DNA of 64,000 nt, taken from contig JBGAQV010000001.1 in the NCBI GenBank assembly GCA_044220505.1, positions 586 to 64,585 of the forward strand, given 5' to 3'. The position numbers and the translations under genes were made by a program. Under the pieces are notes generated by a model, which was not told the DNA's origin, searched no databases, and saw only the letters and a program-made list of their open reading frames with translations. Position 1 is the stretch's first letter, and every line of letters starts with the position of its first letter. Below, piece by piece: positions 42,385 through 50,877 of this stretch. The stretch is from Dermatophilaceae bacterium (GTDB lineage: Bacteria; Actinomycetota; Actinomycetes; Actinomycetales; Dermatophilaceae).

Positions 42385-43640
42385 TGGATCTGCTCACCGT
42401 GGCCACCGCCGGTTCGGTCGACGACGGCAAGTCCACGCTCATCGGGCGGCTCCTGCTCGAGGCCGACGCGGTCGCTGACGATCAGTTGGCTGCCGCGGCC
42501 GAGGTCTCCCGGCGTCGCGGCGATGATGTCACCGACCTGTCCCTGTTCACTGATGGGCTGCGGGCCGAGCGCGAGCAGGCCATCACCATCGATGTCGCCC
42601 ATCGCTACTTCGGGACGGCCCAACGCAGGTTCATCCTTGCCGACACACCGGGCCATGCGGAGTACACGCGAAACATGGTGACGGGTGCCTCCCGCGCCGA
42701 TGTGGGCCTGGTCCTGGTCGACGTGCGCCATGGCCTGACCGAGCAGAGTCGGACCCACCTGGCCATGCTTGCGCTGCTCCGAGTGCCCCATCTCGTGATC
42801 GCCCTCAACAAGATGGACCTGGTCGACTGGTCCCGCGCGATCGTGCGCGAGATGCACGGCGAGCTCACGGCATACAGTCGCAAGCTCGCAGCGGCGGGCC
42901 TGGCACCAGCCGCCCCCACCGTGATCCCCGTGAGCGCGTTGACCGGCGACAACGTGACGAGTCCTTCGGCGCGCACGCCGTGGTACGTCGGCCCCACGTT
43001 GCTGTCGCATCTGGAGGGCCTCGTCGTCCCTGACCGGGCGTCGGGTCCGCTGCGACTGCCTATCCAGCTCACCCTGCGGCCACGGCGCGGCGACCCGAAC
43101 AGCGCACGCGAGTATGCCGGTCAGCTCGCCAGCGGGGCGCTCGCGGTGGGTGACCAGGTCGTGGTCCTGCCCCGCGGTCACTCGACGACGATCACCGGGG
43201 TCGCTGTCCCAGGGCGCGCGGTCAGCGAGGCCGGCAGCCCGCAGTCGGTGTCCGTGACCTTGGCCGATGACCTCGACGTGACTCGTGGCGACCTCATCGT
43301 CCACCCCGATGATCTGCCCACGGTGACTCAGGACCTCCGGGCACGGATCGCGTGGCTGCACAGTGAGCCGCTCCGACCGGGGGTTCGGGTGCTGGTCAAG
43401 CACACCACGCGCGCGGTGAAAGCGATCGTCCGCGAGGTGTCCGACCGTCTGGACATCTCCACGCTTGCGCGCATCGAGAGCCCAGATGCGTTGCGGTGCA
43501 ATGACATCGGGATGGTTTCGATCCGCCTGGCCGAGCCCTTGATCGTGGATCCGTATGCCGTCAACCGGCATACCGGAGGGTTCATCCTCATCCGTGAGGA
43601 CTCCGGGGAAACCCTCGGGGCCGGCATGGTGTCCGCCTGA
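42384..43640 (+). CDS. cysN: Sulfate adenylyltransferase subunit 1 (GTPase), with no fused APS kinase domain
   Basis: ATG 42384 overlaps the cysD stop. G1 motif GSVDDGKSTLIGRLL, G3 motif DTPGH and G4 motif LNKMDL. The protein ends at 418 aa, right after the EF-Tu-like domains. Confidence 0.9.
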   Translation: MDLLTVATAGSVDDGKSTLIGRLLLEADAVADDQLAAAAEVSRRRGDDVTDLSLFTDGLRAEREQAITIDVAHRYFGTAQRRFILADTPGHAEYTRNMVTGASRADVGLVLVDVRHGLTEQSRTHLAMLALLRVPHLVIALNKMDLVDWSRAIVREMHGELTAYSRKLAAAGLAPAAPTVIPVSALTGDNVTSPSARTPWYVGPTLLSHLEGLVVPDRASGPLRLPIQLTLRPRRGDPNSAREYAGQLASGALAVGDQVVVLPRGHSTTITGVAVPGRAVSEAGSPQSVSVTLADDLDVTRGDLIVHPDDLPTVTQDLRARIAWLHSEPLRPGVRVLVKHTTRAVKAIVREVSDRLDISTLARIESPDALRCNDIGMVSIRLAEPLIVDPYAVNRHTGGFILIREDSGETLGAGMVSA

Positions 43641-43686
43641 GTCTGGCTACTCCTCGGCTCCTCCCCGGGCACCTGCCCAGCGCTCG

Positions 43687-43707
43687 ATGATACCGAGTTG
43701 GTATCAT
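43687..43707. promoter_or_regulatory. Inverted repeat ATGATACC-N5-GGTATCAT just upstream of the antitoxin gene (candidate operator)
   Basis: Perfect 8-bp arms at 43687-43694 and 43700-43707, ending 7 nt before ATG 43715. Confidence 0.4.
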
Positions 43708-43714
43708 TGGGTCC

Positions 43715-43918
43715 ATGGCGATGACGTTGCGGCTGACCGAGGACGATGAGCGGGTGCTGGCTGCTTTGGCAGCTGCCGACGGCATCAGTCGGCAGGAGGC
43801 GACGATTCGGGCGATCCACGAAGTGGCGCAGCGTCGTGGGCACGTGCAGGCGGTGGCTGCATCATCGGCGCGCGCTCGGACTCGCTATGCGGAGGTTCTT
43901 GAGCGGCTCGGGCGGTGA
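43715..43918 (+). CDS. Ribbon-helix-helix/Phd-type antitoxin of the Doc toxin
   Basis: 67-aa ORF MAMTLRLTEDDERVLAALAAADGISRQEATIRAIHE (RHH-like). Its stop overlaps the GTG of the Doc gene. Confidence 0.7.
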   Translation: MAMTLRLTEDDERVLAALAAADGISRQEATIRAIHEVAQRRGHVQAVAASSARARTRYAEVLERLGR

Positions 43919-44283
43919 CCGTCTTCCTGACGACGGAAGACCTGCTGGCACTCGCCGATGATCTCGGCGTGGGCCCCGTGCGGGATGTCGGCCTGCTGGA
44001 ATCGGCTGCTCACCGTCCGACGACGTCGTTGTGGGGCTCGGACGCCTATCCGACCCTGCTGCTCAAAGCAGCGGCCCTGATGCACTCGGTGGTCAACAAC
44101 CACGCGCTCGTTGACGGCAACAAGCGGTTGGGGTGGCTGACGACAGTCGTCTTCCTGGACGTGAACGGCGTCTGGATCGAGGGGCCCGACGATGCTGTCT
44201 ACGATCTGGTGATCGCGGTCGCCAGCGGTGCCGCGGACCTCTCCGAGATCTCTGCCGCTCTGGAGCCTTGGATCCAGCAGTAG
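43915..44283 (+). CDS. doc: Type II toxin-antitoxin system death-on-curing (Doc/Fic family) toxin
   Basis: 122-aa ORF. The Fic/Doc motif HALVDGNKRLG fits the Doc pattern H-x-F/L-x-D-G/A-N-K-R. Confidence 0.85.
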   Translation: MTVFLTTEDLLALADDLGVGPVRDVGLLESAAHRPTTSLWGSDAYPTLLLKAAALMHSVVNNHALVDGNKRLGWLTTVVFLDVNGVWIEGPDDAVYDLVIAVASGAADLSEISAALEPWIQQ

Positions 44284-44340
44284 CCTTCACCACCACACAC
44301 CGTGCCCCCCGTGGTAATCCAGCGGCAAGCACGTGGACAG

Positions 44341-44895
44341 TTACAGCAGCGCGGCGATTGCTTCGACGGTGCGCCAGTTGCGGGCGGTGCCGGTGACGCC
44401 GAGCTTGCGCTCCAGCACGGTATTGGTCAGCTTCAGGGTCGCCACTCCGTCCGGTGTCCAGATGTAAGCCTCCCGCCCACTGACCGTGAAGCCGGGAGGC
44501 AGCCGGTCGGAGGCCAGCAGCCGCTCGACCGACTCGGCCGGTGGAGCGGAGGTGAAGAAGGTGACCAGATATCGCGCCGGGTCGGTCGCGAGATCGGCGA
44601 GGGGGTTGAGCGCCACGACCGCACGGATCTGCTCGGGAGAGCGCACCACGCACGGCACGTCGACGTCGAACGCTTCGCACAGCACCGTCCGCACCTGGCC
44701 CGCGACGCGCTCGCCGTCAGCCTCATCGGTATCGAGCACGATGTTGCCGGACTGCAGCAGCGTCTGCACCCCGGCGAATCCGCACTCAGCCAGTCGCTCG
44801 CGCAGCGCCGGCATCGGCACCTTGTTGAGGCGGCCGAGGTTGATGCCACGAGGAAGCACGACGTGCCGATGGGTCACTCCGACATTGTCCGCCAT
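44341..44895 (-). CDS. DUF1697 domain-containing protein
   Basis: 184 aa. N-terminal VVLPRGINLGRLNKVPMPALRERLAECGFAGVQTLLQSGNIVL matches the DUF1697 signature as I recall it. Confidence 0.75.
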   Translation of the reverse strand: MADNVGVTHRHVVLPRGINLGRLNKVPMPALRERLAECGFAGVQTLLQSGNIVLDTDEADGERVAGQVRTVLCEAFDVDVPCVVRSPEQIRAVVALNPLADLATDPARYLVTFFTSAPPAESVERLLASDRLPPGFTVSGREAYIWTPDGVATLKLTNTVLERKLGVTGTARNWRTVEAIAALL

Positions 44896-44916
44896 CGCGC
44901 CAGTCGATGGTGCGCG

Positions 44917-46083
44917 CTATTTCACGTGGGCAGCGAAGAACTCCCAGATCGCCGGAGTCGCGGAGTATGCCGGCCCGGTCCCCGTCGGGGTCGAGGTGGG
45001 GGTCGTCGACGCCGGGGCAGATTCCGGGCCGGCCGAGACCGTGGATTTCCCGAGAGCGGTCGGAGCTGGACTGGCATCCAACGGCCCGGTATGCCGGACG
45101 CCCGGCCATTCGTGTCCGCCCCCCTCGACGAGCACGAGCGAGACCGTGCGCCCGACCGCACATTGGGCGGTCTCCACGGTCACCGGGCCGTCCGAATGCG
45201 AGATGGTGCCGCCGCAGCGGTCGACGTTGCGCCAGAGCGTCATGAGATCGGGGATCGTCCGACCCTCGAAGGAGGCCAAACCTGTCGGTGGCCGGGTCGG
45301 CGTCGGTGAGCCGGGCGCCGCGGTAGGTAAGGGGGCTGCGGGATCGGACACACCGGCATACGGGACGGTCGTGTCGGCCGTGCCGTGGACGTGCATGACC
45401 GATAGCGGCGCCGGGTTGGTGCAATCGCCGACCAGGGTGGCGGCCACCGGAGCGACGGCCGCGAAAAGGGTTGTGTCACAGGCAAGTCGGTAGGCCATCA
45501 TCCCGCCGGTCGACATCCCGGTGGCATACACCCGAGTCTTGTCATATGAAAGGTCCTTGCCGATGTCAGCCATGACCTTGGTGATGAAGTCGACGTCGTC
45601 GACGCCGGTGGCGGGAGCGACGCCGCAGCACCCGTTGCCGACGTTCCACGCCTGGCCGACGGCGTCCGGGTAGACGACGAGGAAGCCCTCGCGGTCGGCC
45701 AGCCCATCCCAGCCGTAGGCCTGCTCGGTCGCGAGCGCCGTGCCCAGCCCCCCGTGCAGCATGACGACCACGGGGGGTGGGGTGAGTGCTTGGGCCGGGC
45801 GGTAGACGCGGTACATCCGGATGTGGTCGCCCACGGTGAGCGCGTGTTCGCTCGAACCGACCGGCAGGGCCGCCAGGTCCAGGCCGCCCGGCCCGCTCTT
45901 GGTGCGGGTCGTCGTGCTGGCGGTGGTCGGGGCGGGCTGCGGGTTCGGTGCGGCCGTACAGGCGGCTATCAGGCCGGTCGACAGGAGCGCCGCCAGCATG
46001 GCAATGACTGCCCCAGCCACGGGGGAGCGCCCGCCGACGCCGGAGCGCGACGCGGTCCGCCCCTTCGGCCACATGTGGGTCAT
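44917..46083 (-). CDS. Lipoprotein esterase, PHB depolymerase family (LpqC-like)
   Basis: Start at the ATG at 46083 (MTHMWPKG..). Lipobox STGLIAAC, alpha/beta hydrolase blocks VVVMLHGGLGT and the GxSxG motif ATGMSTGGMMAY. Confidence 0.75.
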   Translation of the reverse strand: MTHMWPKGRTASRSGVGGRSPVAGAVIAMLAALLSTGLIAACTAAPNPQPAPTTASTTTRTKSGPGGLDLAALPVGSSEHALTVGDHIRMYRVYRPAQALTPPPVVVMLHGGLGTALATEQAYGWDGLADREGFLVVYPDAVGQAWNVGNGCCGVAPATGVDDVDFITKVMADIGKDLSYDKTRVYATGMSTGGMMAYRLACDTTLFAAVAPVAATLVGDCTNPAPLSVMHVHGTADTTVPYAGVSDPAAPLPTAAPGSPTPTRPPTGLASFEGRTIPDLMTLWRNVDRCGGTISHSDGPVTVETAQCAVGRTVSLVLVEGGGHEWPGVRHTGPLDASPAPTALGKSTVSAGPESAPASTTPTSTPTGTGPAYSATPAIWEFFAAHVK

Positions 46084-46123
46084 TCTCGCAGCGCCGCCCG
46101 CTTCGTGGCCGCCAATGCGCCCG

Positions 46124-47815
46124 CTAAACCCATGACGGGAACCACATGTGGATCCACCACTGCTGATAGGGGATGAGCTGTGCCGTATAGATCGGCAGGA
46201 ACCAGGCAAAGACCAACGCCGAGACGATGAGGTAACACCCCACGATCGTCACGCCGACCTGGCGCCGCTGGGCGCTCACTCCCGGCGGACCAAGGATCAT
46301 CCCGAGCACATAGGTGACGCCGAGCACCACATAGGGCACGAAGGCCACCGCATAGAACTGGTAGATCGTGCGGTCCCCGAGGAGGAACCACGGGAAGAAG
46401 CCACCGGCATACCCTGCGAGGATCGCCCCCGCGCGCCAGTCGCGCCGCAGCGCCCAACGGAAGGCGAGCACCGCGAGCGACGCGGTCGCCAACCACCAGA
46501 TCGTCACCGTGCCGATCGGCGTGATGATCCGGGCGCACATGTCGATATCGCACCCGTCCTGCCCGAGCTTGGGGTACTCGGCGAAGAACGACGTCGGCCG
46601 TCCCATGACCATCCACGACCAGGGGCTGGACTGGTAGGCATGCGGCGTCGACAGGCCGCGGTGGAAGTCGAGGATCTGCGCGTGGTAGTTCCACCACGAG
46701 CGCACCGCATCGGGCACCCAGGTCCAGCGCGGGTCCGCCGGGTGGGTCAGCGCCCAACTGCGGTTGTAGCCGGTGTCGGAGCGGAACCAGCCGGTCCAGG
46801 AGGCGACATAGGTCACCACAGCGGTCGGCACCATCGCGACAAACGCCGGTATGCCGTCCCGCCACAGACCGGTGCTGATCCAGCGGTGAACGCCGATGGT
46901 CCGCCGGGCACCGATATCCCAGAGCACGGTCAGCAGGCCGAAGACGACGAGGAAGTAGAGACCCGACCATTTGGTGCCCGCGGCGAGGCCGAGGTTGATC
47001 CCGGCCAGCCACCGCCACGGTCGCCAGCCCATCGACGGACCGCGCCAGGTCGAGGTGTGCGGCAAGGGGTGGCCGGTGGGGGAGAGCGGGATCTGGGCGG
47101 CGGCCCGGACGGCGAGGCGCTCGCGGGTGCGGTCGCGGTCGACGAGCAGCGCGGCGAACGCGGCGAGGGCGAAGAACATCACGACGATGTCGAGCAGCCC
47201 GGTGCGTGAGTGGACGAAGTGGTGACCCTCGATGGTCAGCAGGATCGCGGCGATGGTGCCCAGGACCGAGGATCGGAACAGCCGCCGCGCGACCCGGCCG
47301 ATCATGACGATCGAGAGCACGCCGATGACGCACACCGAGAGGCGCCAGCCGATCGACGAGTCGGCTCCGAACAGCCCCTGGCCGGCGCCGATGATCCACT
47401 TGCCGACGGGACCATGCACGACGAGGTCGCCGACCTCGGTGTTGAAGACGTCGAGGGTGCCCTCGGTGAACGCCTTGTCGATGAGCTCGCCGTACTTGTC
47501 GGTGTTCTTCAGCTCGACGCCGTACTGGATCATCGACCAGCCCTGCTTGACGTAATACGTCTCGTCGAAGACCAGCTTGTGGGGATAGCCCAGGTCCCAG
47601 AAGCGCAGCACCCCGCCCACGAGCGCCGCCAGCAGTGGCCCGAGCCAGCCCAGCATCGGTTGGCCGATCGAGTCGCCCACGAGGCGGCCGCGCATTGTGT
47701 CCGCGAGAGCCTCGCGGGCCGTGGCCGCTCGCGCCGCGACCGTGTGCACCGCGACCGTCGGGCGCGCCGGGCGCGACGGCCGCGGGAGTCGCGCGGTGAG
47801 GGGCATGGCCGCCAT
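46124..47815 (-). CDS. pmt: Protein O-mannosyltransferase (GT39/PMT family)
   Basis: Homology starts after the ATG at 47815 (or 47806). Blocks LRFWDLGYPHKLVFDETYYVKQGWS and VVHGPVGKWIIGAG, with many TM segments. The upstream 106 codons of the ORF are not PMT-like. Confidence 0.85.
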   Translation of the reverse strand: MAAMPLTARLPRPSRPARPTVAVHTVAARAATAREALADTMRGRLVGDSIGQPMLGWLGPLLAALVGGVLRFWDLGYPHKLVFDETYYVKQGWSMIQYGVELKNTDKYGELIDKAFTEGTLDVFNTEVGDLVVHGPVGKWIIGAGQGLFGADSSIGWRLSVCVIGVLSIVMIGRVARRLFRSSVLGTIAAILLTIEGHHFVHSRTGLLDIVVMFFALAAFAALLVDRDRTRERLAVRAAAQIPLSPTGHPLPHTSTWRGPSMGWRPWRWLAGINLGLAAGTKWSGLYFLVVFGLLTVLWDIGARRTIGVHRWISTGLWRDGIPAFVAMVPTAVVTYVASWTGWFRSDTGYNRSWALTHPADPRWTWVPDAVRSWWNYHAQILDFHRGLSTPHAYQSSPWSWMVMGRPTSFFAEYPKLGQDGCDIDMCARIITPIGTVTIWWLATASLAVLAFRWALRRDWRAGAILAGYAGGFFPWFLLGDRTIYQFYAVAFVPYVVLGVTYVLGMILGPPGVSAQRRQVGVTIVGCYLIVSALVFAWFLPIYTAQLIPYQQWWIHMWFPSWV

Positions 47816-47917
47816 CGTAGGCCGGTCGCCTGGGTCTACCTCCCGCACTCCGCCCGGCGGGTTGGTGAGCCTTTCCTTGCTGGCGACCGAACGGCATACC
47901 GGGGCACACTCGCGGGT

Positions 47918-48865
47918 ATGCCGCGCGAGAATCTCACCCGTTTCGCCTGGCTGTCCATCGCGGCAGCCGTCTGCACGATCGCCCTCAAGACCGGGGCGTA
48001 CCTCGTGACCGGATCGGTGGGCCTGCTCTCGGATGCCGCCGAGTCGGTGGTCAATCTCGTGGCGGCGTTCGTCGCGCTCATTGCGCTGCACGTGGCGGCC
48101 AAACCCGCCGACGCCGAGCACCAGTTCGGGCACAGCAAGGCGGAGTACTTCTCGGCCGCTGTCGAGGGCATCATGATCTTCGTCGCCGCGACCTTCATCA
48201 TCTACAGCTCGGTGCAGCGCTTCCTCGAGCCGGAACCGCTGGAGAAGGTCGGGCTAGGCCTCGGGATCTCGGTCGTCGCGTCCGCGCTCAACGGTGCGGT
48301 GGCGTTCGTGCTCATGCGGGCCGGGCGCAAGCACAACTCGATCACCCTGACCGCTGACGGCAAGCATCTGCTCACCGACGTGTGGACCTCCGCGGGGGTC
48401 GTCGTCGGTGTGCTGCTCGTCGCGTTGACGGGTTGGCTGCGGCTCGACCCGATCATTGCCTTCCTCGTTGGCTGCAACATCATCTGGACCGGCTGGCACC
48501 TCGTGCGCGAATCCGTCGACGGCCTCATGGATGCCGCGCCGAGCCCCGAGTGTCAGGCCAAGATCCAGGCGATCATCGATGCCCACACCACCGAGGAGGT
48601 GCACTTCCACGGCGTGCGGGGCCGGGTGTCGGGACACCAGAACCACGTCGCGATGCACGTGTTGGTGCCCGGGCACTGGACGGTGCAACGTGGGCATGAC
48701 GTGCTCGAGAAGGTCGAGGACGCCTTCCGTCGCGAGTTCGAGCACATCGTCATCGACACTCACCTCGAGCCCATCGAAGACCCGCGCTCCTACGAACCCG
48801 ACCTGCTCGACCACGCCGTTCCCCCGGCCGAGGGGTCACTGGGGCCAGTGCCGCCTGTCGCGTAG
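47918..48865 (+). CDS. Cation diffusion facilitator family transporter
   Basis: ATG 47918 (MPRENLTRFAWLSI..). CDF blocks LLSDAAESVVNLV, HQFGHSKAEY and HLLTDVWTSAGVVVG, plus a C-terminal cytoplasmic domain. The earlier part of ORF 47210.. is antisense shadow over pmt. Confidence 0.9.
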   Translation: MPRENLTRFAWLSIAAAVCTIALKTGAYLVTGSVGLLSDAAESVVNLVAAFVALIALHVAAKPADAEHQFGHSKAEYFSAAVEGIMIFVAATFIIYSSVQRFLEPEPLEKVGLGLGISVVASALNGAVAFVLMRAGRKHNSITLTADGKHLLTDVWTSAGVVVGVLLVALTGWLRLDPIIAFLVGCNIIWTGWHLVRESVDGLMDAAPSPECQAKIQAIIDAHTTEEVHFHGVRGRVSGHQNHVAMHVLVPGHWTVQRGHDVLEKVEDAFRREFEHIVIDTHLEPIEDPRSYEPDLLDHAVPPAEGSLGPVPPVA

Positions 48866-48898
48866 GCCGGCGCGGCGTTCGGACACGGACAGCAGGAC

Positions 48899-49057
48899 GG
48901 GTATGCCGACAAACCTTCCGACTCGCCGGTAAACCTGGGCCGGGCAGGGTAGGTATGCCGGCAAACCTTCCGACTCGCCGGTAAACCTGGGCCGGGCAGG
49001 GTAGGAACGCCGGGAAACCTTCCGACTCGCCGTGAAGTCCAGGTCGGGCCGGGGCGG
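48899..49057. repeat. 52-bp tandem repeat x3 (third copy degenerate) in a convergent intergenic region
   Basis: The unit GGTATGCCG(A/G)CAAACCTTCCGACTCGCCGGTAAACCTGGGCCGGGCAGGGTA starts at about 48900, 48952 and 49004. Copies 1 and 2 differ at one position. Lies between the stops at 48865 (+) and 49073 (-). Confidence 0.9.
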
Positions 49058-49072
49058 ATGTCCCGACGACAC

Positions 49073-50296
49073 CTAGTCCAGGCGCGAGGTCTGACCACCG
49101 GCGGCCATCGTCAGGAACGGACTCAGACCGACCGTGGGCACGACATAGGCGCCGACGCAGTGATAGACGTCCGGTCGACCGGGCCAGACCGTCTCAGATG
49201 GTCGCAGGTGCGCGTCGAGTTCGTTGCGCCACTGTCCGTTCTCATCGATGAAGTAGTCGCGGGCGTGCTCCCACAACCGCGCGTACCACGAGCGCCAGTG
49301 CGCGTCGTCGGTCAGCCTGGCCAAGGCGGATGTCACCTGGATGCCCTCGCACACCGGCCAATGCATCCGTAACGCCGAGACCGGCCGCCGCTGCCAATCG
49401 ACGGTGTAGACGATCCCCGGGTGGCCGTCGGCGGCCCACCCGCGATCGAGCGCCGACTCGGTCAGGGCGACGGCTGCCTCGACCAGCCATGGCTGCCCGC
49501 CCACAGCGGGCGACGCGTCGAGGTTGAGCAGGAAGCGCGCCCACTCGAGCAGATGGCCATAGGTGGCGCCGTAGGGCCGGAACGGGTGATCAGGGTCGTC
49601 CCGGTTGTATTCCGGATCGATCACCCAGTCGCGGTCGAAGTGCTCTGGGACGAGCCAATCCAGGCGGCGCGCACCCTGGTTGATGATCCGGTCGGCGATC
49701 CGCAGAGCCCGTTCGTGCCACATCGGGTCGCCGGTGACATCGCCGAGCGCCAGGAACGCCTCGGTGGCGTGCATGTTGGCGTTGGCGCCACGGTAGTCCT
49801 CCTCGTCGGACCAGTCGGCAGCGAACGACTCTCGTAGCGTCCCCGTTCCCTCGTCCCACAGATAGGTGTCGACGATGGCGATCACCTGGGCGATCAACGC
49901 CGGGGCATCCGGGTGCCCGGCCGCCGCTGCTGAGGACGCAGCCAAGCCCACGTGCACGTGGTCATAGGTCATCTTGCGTTGCGTCGGTCCAGCGCCGGGA
50001 TCGCTCCACCATCCGCCGTGCTCCTGGTCGGCGAAATACTGTGCCAGAGAGGCCATTCCGTGGTCCAGGAGACGCTGAGAACCAGGTATGCCGCGCAGCA
50101 CACCCACCGAGGCCGCATGCACCATCCGGGCCGTGATGAACAGCTGCGGCCGTCGATCCGGCATCGGTGTCCCGGACGCGTCGAGCATGGCAAAGCCACC
50201 GCTGTTGAGGATGCCGCCCTGGGCAAATGCCAGCATCGAGCGGAGTTGGCCGTCGAGCCAGGCGTGGTGCTCGGGAGTGTCGAGTGCAGGGTTCAT
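49073..50296 (-). CDS. AGE family epimerase/isomerase (N-acylglucosamine 2-epimerase / YihS-type aldose-ketose isomerase fold)
   Basis: 407-aa ORF with blocks QLFITARMVHAAS, RGANANMHATEAFLAL and YGHLLEWARFLL, typical of the (alpha/alpha)6 AGE superfamily. Confidence 0.8.
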   Translation of the reverse strand: MNPALDTPEHHAWLDGQLRSMLAFAQGGILNSGGFAMLDASGTPMPDRRPQLFITARMVHAASVGVLRGIPGSQRLLDHGMASLAQYFADQEHGGWWSDPGAGPTQRKMTYDHVHVGLAASSAAAAGHPDAPALIAQVIAIVDTYLWDEGTGTLRESFAADWSDEEDYRGANANMHATEAFLALGDVTGDPMWHERALRIADRIINQGARRLDWLVPEHFDRDWVIDPEYNRDDPDHPFRPYGATYGHLLEWARFLLNLDASPAVGGQPWLVEAAVALTESALDRGWAADGHPGIVYTVDWQRRPVSALRMHWPVCEGIQVTSALARLTDDAHWRSWYARLWEHARDYFIDENGQWRNELDAHLRPSETVWPGRPDVYHCVGAYVVPTVGLSPFLTMAAGGQTSRLD

Positions 50297-50877
50297 CGTG
50301 GCTCCGATTCGATTCGGGACAAGGTGGCCATGATCGCGGCTGCGGCCGCCCGTGACGGTGTGCTCACGCCGAGGGTCACGGCGGGTATGCCGTCAGCCGG
50401 GGTGACGGGGGACGGCTGTGGGACTCGGTCGCGGTCCAAGTTCCGGCGGCTGCGCCGCTGCTGGAGGGTCGCCGCATCGACGGAGAGCCAGACCAGGACC
50501 GTCCGGCCGGGGCTGACCGAGGCGCACAGCTGGGCCCACTGCTCCACCGACGCGACCTCTGCGGAGAAGGGTGCGACCAGGATGGTGTCCACGCCGCATT
50601 GTGCGTTCAGCGCTGCCGAATCGGTGAGGCACTGATAGCGAGCGGTTCGAACCTGGCCGGTGAGCCAGGGGTCGGTGAAGTCCAGGCCGATCCCGCGAGC
50701 CCTGGCGACCTCCGCCATGAGCGGATTGGTCGCGACATCTTGGTCGATGAGGGCGGCGCGCAGCTGCCGCGCCAAGGCCCGGCCCACGGTTGATTTGCCG
50801 GTCGCGCCGGCACCACCGATACACACCACCCACGCAGGCCTGGTCACCAGCCGTGGCCGCCTACGCGCGGTCGTCAC
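50293..50877 (-). CDS. P-loop kinase-like ATP-binding protein (small-molecule kinase fold, specificity unknown)
   Basis: 194 aa with Walker A VVCIGGAGATGKSTVG. Start and stop overlap the flanking aldolase and AGE genes. Confidence 0.6.
   Translation of the reverse strand: MTTARRRPRLVTRPAWVVCIGGAGATGKSTVGRALARQLRAALIDQDVATNPLMAEVARARGIGLDFTDPWLTGQVRTARYQCLTDSAALNAQCGVDTILVAPFSAEVASVEQWAQLCASVSPGRTVLVWLSVDAATLQQRRSRRNLDRDRVPQPSPVTPADGIPAVTLGVSTPSRAAAAAIMATLSRIESEPR

Noticed and set aside
43641-43670. A possible attR for a tRNA-Ala island: CTCCTCGGCTCCTCC after cysN versus the tRNA 3' end CCCCTCAGCTCCACC.
   Set aside because: The match is only about 11 of 14 positions in GC-rich DNA, with no integrase and no supporting flank similarity. 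It is compatible with chance.
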